IMG/VR virus record: IMGVR_UViG_3300046028_008994
Source: a virus
Direction: 5' to 3' (one strand)
Length of the DNA stretch: 64,000 nucleotides
Shown in pieces: positions 58,437 to 64,000 of this stretch. Below the pieces are notes generated by a model, which saw only the letters and a program-made list of their open reading frames with translations, made no database searches and had not been told where the DNA came from. The stretch's first letter is position 1. Each line of letters starts with the position of its first letter. Position numbers and translations under genes: made by a program.

Positions 58437-59381
58437 ATGAAAAACATACATTTAATACCAACAGATAAATTAAGTAGGTTAGGTAGATTTATTGATACTG
58501 ACAATTTAGTTTTAAGAACGGATGATGATATACCAAGAGGTGAAAACATAAACATTTACATTACTTCTGATGAAGAAATTAAAGAAGGGGATTTGATTTT
58601 ACCACCATCTAATATTCCTGTTAGATACGATGGACAAAAATACAAAGGTGATGAACCATTAAAATGTTGGAAAAAAATAATCCTAACAACAGACCGAGAC
58701 TTAATCAAAGATGGTGTTCAAGAAATTGATGATGAGTTTTTAGTATGGTTTGTAAATAATCCAAGTTGTGAGTGGGTTGATGTTACTGATTGGATGGACA
58801 CGAATGGTAATATTGCTTTTGGTGGGGATGTAAGATATCAAATATCTTCTTCTACATATAACAAAATCATCATTCCACAAGAAGAACCTAAACAAATTAA
58901 ATGTTATTGTGGTCATACTATAACTTGTGATTGTGAACCTTTACAAGAAACACTTGAAGAAGCTGCTGAAATGTATATTCAATCAAAAAATCCACAATGG
59001 ACACCATATCATAAACAATCTTTTAAAGATGGTGCTAAATGGCAAGATGAGAGAAGCCAAAAAATAGTACCTTTTGATGCTGTAGATATTGAAGTATTTG
59101 CAATAAAACCAAATGAAGATGGGAAATTATTTGCTTATATTGGGTATAAAATTGCTAATGGAAATTTCGAATTCAATGTTGTACCTTTTACTGAACCTCA
59201 AGCAGAAAGAATGTATAGTGAGGAAGATATGTTTGAATTTTCTCAATGGATTTCTCATGAAGATTGGGTTTATTTACCAAGTAAAGATTATTGGGTAAAT
59301 GAAGAACAAGAAGAATTAGAACAGAAATTAAGCTCAAAGGAAATATTGAATCTATGGTTTGAACAACTTAAAAAGAAATAA
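58437..59381 (+). CDS. modular hypothetical protein (ETLEEAAE / KWQ / ERMYSEEDM modules)
   Basis: Modules repeated in the next gene. Confidence 0.7.
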   Translation: MKNIHLIPTDKLSRLGRFIDTDNLVLRTDDDIPRGENINIYITSDEEIKEGDLILPPSNIPVRYDGQKYKGDEPLKCWKKIILTTDRDLIKDGVQEIDDEFLVWFVNNPSCEWVDVTDWMDTNGNIAFGGDVRYQISSSTYNKIIIPQEEPKQIKCYCGHTITCDCEPLQETLEEAAEMYIQSKNPQWTPYHKQSFKDGAKWQDERSQKIVPFDAVDIEVFAIKPNEDGKLFAYIGYKIANGNFEFNVVPFTEPQAERMYSEEDMFEFSQWISHEDWVYLPSKDYWVNEEQEELEQKLSSKEILNLWFEQLKKK

Positions 59382-59382
59382 T

Positions 59383-59619
59383 ATGAAAGAAGAAACAATA
59401 GAAGAAGTTGCTGAAAGATTGTTTAATAATTTTCAAAAAGAAAATCCTATTATACCAACAGAAGATATTAGACCTTTTAAATTAGGATTTATTAAAGGTA
59501 CTAAATGGCAACAAGAAAGAATGTATAGTGAGGAAGATATGTTAAGATTTGCACAAAAATACTCAGTAAATAAATTAGATAAATCTCATATTCAACAATT
59601 TAAAAAGAAATTTGGCTAA
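59383..59619 (+). CDS. hypothetical protein, ETIEEVAE / KWQQERMYSEEDM module
   Basis: 28-bp exact DNA repeat with upstream gene. Confidence 0.65.
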   Translation: MKEETIEEVAERLFNNFQKENPIIPTEDIRPFKLGFIKGTKWQQERMYSEEDMLRFAQKYSVNKLDKSHIQQFKKKFG

Positions 59620-59649
59620 GCAAAATCAAAATCGTATATTCACAGCATA

Positions 59650-60024
59650 ATGAAACAAGAGATTAAACCAACATACACAACCTTTGAACAAGCCAAATGG
59701 CTAAAAGAAAAAGGATTTGATATACCTTGTAGAGAAGGATGGTATATAGCTCAATTAGACCCTTATAAAGGTCAGCTATTTCCTGATGATACAGGAGGTA
59801 AACACGAAATAGAAAAACCAGAACAACACCAAGTTGTTGAATGGTTAAGGATTAACCATGGTATTTGGATTAGTGTTCAACAAGATGTTAATAAATACGA
59901 TGCTTACATAAAAAATAAAAAATATGATAGAACAAAAGTTCAACATGTAACCAACCAATTTAATTTACCGCAAGAAGCATATTCAGGAGCATTTGATTAC
60001 ATTAAAGACAATAATTTGATATAA
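59650..60024 (+). CDS. hypothetical phage protein
   Basis: FEQAKWLKEKGFD...VVEWLR..HGIWI. Confidence 0.65.
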   Translation: MKQEIKPTYTTFEQAKWLKEKGFDIPCREGWYIAQLDPYKGQLFPDDTGGKHEIEKPEQHQVVEWLRINHGIWISVQQDVNKYDAYIKNKKYDRTKVQHVTNQFNLPQEAYSGAFDYIKDNNLI

Positions 60025-60026
60025 GC

Positions 60027-60260
60027 ATGGAAATAATATTTTTTATAATATCAATTATGATAACTACTTTAATAATATGGAGTATTGGTAGGTCAGTATT
60101 TGAAACCAATAAACAATTAATAAAAGCATATGAAACCTCAGAATTTTTAGGTCTAATACATCTTATAATGGGAATATTATTAATGTCAACTTTATTTATA
60201 ACATTGTGTGCTTGTAATAATACTTTTTGGCATTTACCTTATTTAATAACAAAACAATAA
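60027..60260 (+). CDS. two-TM membrane protein
   Basis: Two hydrophobic segments. Confidence 0.55.
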   Translation: MEIIFFIISIMITTLIIWSIGRSVFETNKQLIKAYETSEFLGLIHLIMGILLMSTLFITLCACNNTFWHLPYLITKQ

Positions 60261-60266
60261 TTTAAT

Positions 60267-60509
60267 ATGAATTGTACAGATAGACAAAAAGAATTAATGA
60301 TTGATTTAATTAATAAACAGTTAAATAAATTAGAAGAATCTATTAAATGTATAGAAGGAAATATTAAACATAATTTAGCAAAAATACCTAACAAAAATAA
60401 GTTAATGGAAGCCGAATTATTTCATGCAATTGGACAACACTATATAAAACTTGCTCAATGTTTAGCGGATAAATTTAATTTGGAAACTGTTTTAAAGACA
60501 ATAACTTAA
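60267..60509 (+). CDS. hypothetical protein
   Basis: 80 aa. Confidence 0.5.
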   Translation: MNCTDRQKELMIDLINKQLNKLEESIKCIEGNIKHNLAKIPNKNKLMEAELFHAIGQHYIKLAQCLADKFNLETVLKTIT

Positions 60510-60510
60510 T

Positions 60511-60756
60511 ATGACAACAAAAGAAGAATTAGCAAAAGAAATATTAATTAGAAAATTAGTTGGTACTCATGTTACAATAGAACAAAATGACCGTTGGGGT
60601 ACTATATTTAATGAAAGTGGTAGATTAAGTAGTGATAGTTCAGTTGAATTAATGAAAATATTTAAAATATATTTTGAAGTGAAATATGAAGATGAATTAG
60701 AAGCCAAAAATCAAGAAATAAAACAATTAAAAGAGGAATTGGCTAAGCAAAATTAA
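60511..60756 (+). CDS. hypothetical protein
   Basis: 81 aa. Confidence 0.5.
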   Translation: MTTKEELAKEILIRKLVGTHVTIEQNDRWGTIFNESGRLSSDSSVELMKIFKIYFEVKYEDELEAKNQEIKQLKEELAKQN

Positions 60757-60776
60757 AACCATATATTCACAACATA

Positions 60777-61022
60777 ATGATAAAAGTATTAACTAGAAAA
60801 GAATATAAAAGACTAAGAACAATAGAAAGCGCTGCTCATCGTTATGCTTACTCTTTAAAAAACCATTCAGAAAGTATAAAACTAAATCAGTATAGAATAT
60901 TGTGGAAACAAATAGCAGAGGAATTAAATATATTACAACCAAATGGAGAAGAGGTAAAATATAGAACAGATATGGGTGAAGATTATTCATATGGATATAA
61001 TTTTGGAGATATTTTAGCTTAA
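60777..61022 (+). CDS. hypothetical protein
   Basis: Own promoter. Confidence 0.55.
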   Translation: MIKVLTRKEYKRLRTIESAAHRYAYSLKNHSESIKLNQYRILWKQIAEELNILQPNGEEVKYRTDMGEDYSYGYNFGDILA

Positions 61023-61081
61023 AAACAGATTTGGAGAAGCAAAACAGAAATCGTATATTCACAGCATAATAAAAAATAATA

Positions 61082-61498
61082 ATGAAAGAAAATAAAGTAT
61101 TAAGTCCAATTAAATTAGTTGTAATGGCATTAACAGATTATAATATTAATGGTGAAGAATTAGAAACATTGATTAGAGATTTAGGGATGGAAGATCAAAT
61201 GTTAAGACAATTGGTTATGAAAGCAGATATTGATGTTGTAAATGAATTGATTAGAGAAAAAGAGGAATTGGAGTTAATAAATGAAACAAAAGTACATAAT
61301 ATAGTTTCATTTACTACAGTTAATATTTATTTAACATATAAAGAAATAAAATATAGTGTTGAAATTAGATATTATAATGATAGTGATATTGATTATATCG
61401 TATCTGACTCAGTTACAGGAGATAAATTACATAGTAAAGATCCTATAGTTGATGAAATAATTACTTACATTGAAGAAAATGTTGATTTGGCTAATTAA
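61082..61498 (+). CDS. hypothetical two-domain protein
   Basis: Own promoter; C-terminal half paralogous to 57872. Confidence 0.6.
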   Translation: MKENKVLSPIKLVVMALTDYNINGEELETLIRDLGMEDQMLRQLVMKADIDVVNELIREKEELELINETKVHNIVSFTTVNIYLTYKEIKYSVEIRYYNDSDIDYIVSDSVTGDKLHSKDPIVDEIITYIEENVDLAN

Positions 61499-61530
61499 AA
61501 TCAATTTCGTATATTCACAGCATAATAAAA

Positions 61531-61710
61531 ATGAAACATCAACTAATAGGAATAACAGTAGTAACAATTATAATGTACTTGTTTGGGAGTGTATGTGCAG
61601 GAACATTAAATATAGGAGAATGGAGCAAAGCAGGAAGAGTGATATTAGCATTAATATGGCTTATAATATTACCAAACATTGTAGTAGAAAAATACACAGG
61701 AGAAAAATAA
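61531..61710 (+). CDS. two-TM membrane protein (not in ORF track)
   Basis: MKHQLIGITVVTIIMYLFG...; after promoter at 61486. Confidence 0.55.
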   Translation: MKHQLIGITVVTIIMYLFGSVCAGTLNIGEWSKAGRVILALIWLIILPNIVVEKYTGEK

Positions 61711-61732
61711 ATAATATAATTCAGAAACATAA

Positions 61733-61978
61733 ATGAGACAATATAGAATAAAACAAACGGACGATAACAAATACTATGCTCAAACAAGACAATTAGCAAC
61801 GGTAGTACGTTTCATTGATTTGGATTGGTATTCTATAACTAATGAATTAGAGGAAGTAGAGGATTATGAGTGTGAGGATTGGGGAAATCCATTATCAACA
61901 ATGGAACAAGCACAAGAACGAATAGAGCAATTTAAATTAAAAACACAATACCCTAAATATCATCCGTTTAATAGTTAA
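61733..61978 (+). CDS. hypothetical protein
   Basis: YRIKQ...YYAQ. Confidence 0.55.
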   Translation: MRQYRIKQTDDNKYYAQTRQLATVVRFIDLDWYSITNELEEVEDYECEDWGNPLSTMEQAQERIEQFKLKTQYPKYHPFNS

Positions 61979-62552
61979 AATAACGGTATATAACAACGTC
62001 TGATAAGGTCTCTGATAAGGGATATGATAAGGATTCTATTACGGTTAATACAACTATAAATAATAGTAACGTGTGACAAACTGATATGAAAGGGGATATG
62101 GAAATTGATAAGGAAAATTGATATGTGACTAACATGAAAATGGATATGTGGTGTGGTGGGTTAAGGGATATAACCACCCACGTCATCGCCCCGTCCCATT
62201 TTACTACTACTAAAAGTATATACAACAAATCGCAAAAACGCGCATCTCTTTGATAGGGCCCTTTGATAAAAGGAATTTTACATGATGAAGATTTAAAAAC
62301 CATCAATCCATTGAGGGATTGCTTTAATAGGGCCCTTTTGATATGGAATTTAGCGCGTTTTTTTGTGATTTTGGAAAAATTGAATAACAATCTATCAATA
62401 GATTGATAGCTTTATAAGTTCTTTGACAAGTTTTTTTGATAAGGGGAATTTTACGGGCGGAAGGGGATGCCGGCCCCGCAAAGAGCGGTGAGGATCGCGA
62501 GAGGGGAGGAATTTTACCCGCGGAAGATTTTAAAAGTCTGATAAGGAATTTT
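61979..62552. repeat. Non-coding tract with clustered short direct repeats
   Basis: TGATAAGG x6, GGAATTTTAC x3, ATAGGGCCCTTT x2. Confidence 0.75.
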
Positions 62553-62600
62553 GGCAATGTAGGAAACCTTTCGTATGTTTACATCAAATAAATAAATAAT

Positions 62601-63035
62601 ATGGCAAAAAGATTAACACAGTACGAAATTGATGCAATTTTGGGACAAGTAGTTTCAGAAATTGAGAACAACAAGAAAGATTTGACAAGTGATTCTGACG
62701 TGGTTAAGATGGAGAAATTAGCTAAAGCTGATAAGATTCACTTAATAACTCTAGAAAAAGAAATAGATGGGTTAAGAGAAAAATATGATGAACTCAAATC
62801 CCAAATTCAGGATAAACACTTAGGATTTGCTAAGGAAAAAGGGTTATATGTGAATAAATGGGATTTTGAAAGAGTACATGATCATGATTATGATATTGGT
62901 GAACAATTTTATAGTGTTCAATCACTAGATTATGATGTTAAGACCCAAATTAGAAATCATATTATATTGAGTGGCTTGAAATTAGATAACTTAGATTCTT
63001 TGATAGGGGATTTGGTAAAGAAATTTAGTAAATAA
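62601..63035 (+). CDS. hypothetical coiled-coil protein
   Basis: 144 aa; promoter at 62550-62583. Confidence 0.6.
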   Translation: MAKRLTQYEIDAILGQVVSEIENNKKDLTSDSDVVKMEKLAKADKIHLITLEKEIDGLREKYDELKSQIQDKHLGFAKEKGLYVNKWDFERVHDHDYDIGEQFYSVQSLDYDVKTQIRNHIILSGLKLDNLDSLIGDLVKKFSK

Positions 63036-63037
63036 TT

Positions 63038-63841
63038 ATGCCATTAAATATCAATTCAGAAACATTTTTGACAGGGGCTCAGGTGCGAGCCAAGGCCCCG
63101 TCAATATTCACTACCCAAGGGTCTCCAGAAACAAGTGAACGCTACGCTCACATCCAAACTGATAGGATCATCTCTGATATGGAGCTCTTGGGGTGGGGTG
63201 TCGTGGATGCTAAGGAGGTTAAGGCTAGGAAAGGGGTAGGATTCCAGAAGCACCTAGTGGTGTTTAGAAATCCGGACCTAATGATCTCGGCTGAAGATGG
63301 GGACGATGTGTTCCCACAGATCCTTTTAACAAATTCTCACGACGGGAAGAACGCGTTTACTTTTACCGCTGGCCTATTTAGAATAATATGTGAGAATGGG
63401 CTAGTGATCTCCACTACGGAATTCGAGAGCATGAAAATCAGGCACTACGGGTATTCATTTGAGGAGCTCCAGATCACGATCAGGGCTATGATTGAGCGCT
63501 TACCGTTGACAATTGAGTCACTTAACAAGTTCCGTGCCGTGGAATTGGGACAGGAGCAGATGCTAGAGTTTGCCCAGAGGGCACTAGCAACCAGATTTAC
63601 AGCCGATGAATTAGAGAACATTGAAGTGGACCTAGCGCAACTGCTAGAGCCGACCAGAGCAGAGGATAGGGGATCAGATCTGTGGAGCGTGTTTAACGTG
63701 GTTCAGGAGAAATTGGTGGGCGGAATGTTCAGCTACACTTATGGGGATAAGACCCGCAAGGCTAGACGGATAAAGAACTTTAAACAGGATATCGCCGTTA
63801 ATGAAAAATTATATGATTTAGCATTGTCATACGCGGCTTAA
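63038..63841 (+). CDS. DUF932/DUF945-family protein
   Basis: SERYAHI.T, KHLVVFR, LTNSHDG, AGLFRIICENGL, LWSVFNVVQE. Confidence 0.85.
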   Translation: MPLNINSETFLTGAQVRAKAPSIFTTQGSPETSERYAHIQTDRIISDMELLGWGVVDAKEVKARKGVGFQKHLVVFRNPDLMISAEDGDDVFPQILLTNSHDGKNAFTFTAGLFRIICENGLVISTTEFESMKIRHYGYSFEELQITIRAMIERLPLTIESLNKFRAVELGQEQMLEFAQRALATRFTADELENIEVDLAQLLEPTRAEDRGSDLWSVFNVVQEKLVGGMFSYTYGDKTRKARRIKNFKQDIAVNEKLYDLALSYAA

Positions 63842-63856
63842 AGAAATAACTATGAT

Positions 63857-63896
63857 AGGGGATTTGGGTAACTAGATCCCCTTTTGTATGTTTACA
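63857..63896 (+). promoter_or_regulatory. Terminator hairpin overlapping promoter
   Basis: AGGGGATTTGG-gtaa-CTAGATCCCCT, T-run, GTATGTTTACA. Confidence 0.7.
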
Positions 63897-63898
63897 GA

Positions 63899-64000
63899 AT
63901 GAGTAATTATCTATATTTTGACAAGGCACAAACCAAAAGAGGTCGTGGTAGACCAAAAATTCAGAACGTAATGCCTGTTCCTTCTATTATTGATTTCACA
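63899..64000 (+). CDS. 5' end of AT-hook-containing protein (runs off window)
   Basis: MSNYLYFDKAQTKRGRGRPK. Confidence 0.55.
   Translation, partial: MSNYLYFDKAQTKRGRGRPKIQNVMPVPSIIDFT

Noticed and set aside
61470-61736. Track ORF of 88 aa
   Set aside because: It starts across a promoter; the alternative frame 61531-61710 has a proper start and two TM segments.
62440-62530. tRNA in the GC-rich patch
   Set aside because: No cloverleaf, T-loop GTTC or CCA end could be identified.
3206-62557. All minus-strand ORFs in the track
   Set aside because: They are short, mostly shadow well-supported + strand genes, and lack motifs or promoters; the two at 61968-62557 overlap the repeat tract and look non-coding.
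1-64000. Alternative genetic code (stop-codon reassignment)
   Set aside because: Conserved genes are full length in the standard code, and TAA, TAG and TGA all occur at gene ends.

Overview
Very AT-rich, densely coding window with every credible gene on the + strand. It is part of a large lytic dsDNA phage with a T4-like replisome. The host is most likely in the Bacteroidota, judging from TTGG-N19-TAT(A/G)TT promoters, the lack of Shine-Dalgarno sites and a Bacteroidota-type ECF sigma factor. In order: (1) 0.3-8.7 kb, a 7-deazaguanine locus (TGT/DpdA-like, queC, queD, queE, folE) with a purine phosphoribosyltransferase, thioredoxins, a thioesterase, an ART-fold protein, dUTPase and homing endonucleases; (2) 9-18.9 kb, PolB, clamp, GroES/GroEL, clamp loader and a PD-(D/E)XK nuclease; (3) 18.9-31 kb, a 15-gene glycosylation island; (4) 31-62 kb, an accessory region with SPFH, thyA, ClpP, RNA-repair genes, DNA ligase, ECF sigma, an aminotransferase and many small ORFs; (5) 62-64 kb, a repeat-rich, G-rich non-coding tract and a compositionally atypical DUF932 gene. 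Three things stand out. First, small genes joined by six exact 15-bp repeats sit upstream of thyA, and two of them are built from the two variable insertion loops of ThyA. Second, a dispersed gene set has an AATATTTATA motif 3-4 nt before ATG, and several members share N-terminal leaders fused to unrelated cargo (candidate capsid-packaged effectors). Third, 11 hairpins appear to act as both terminator and promoter. No tRNA, rRNA or CRISPR array was seen. All calls come from reading motifs by eye; no searches were run.
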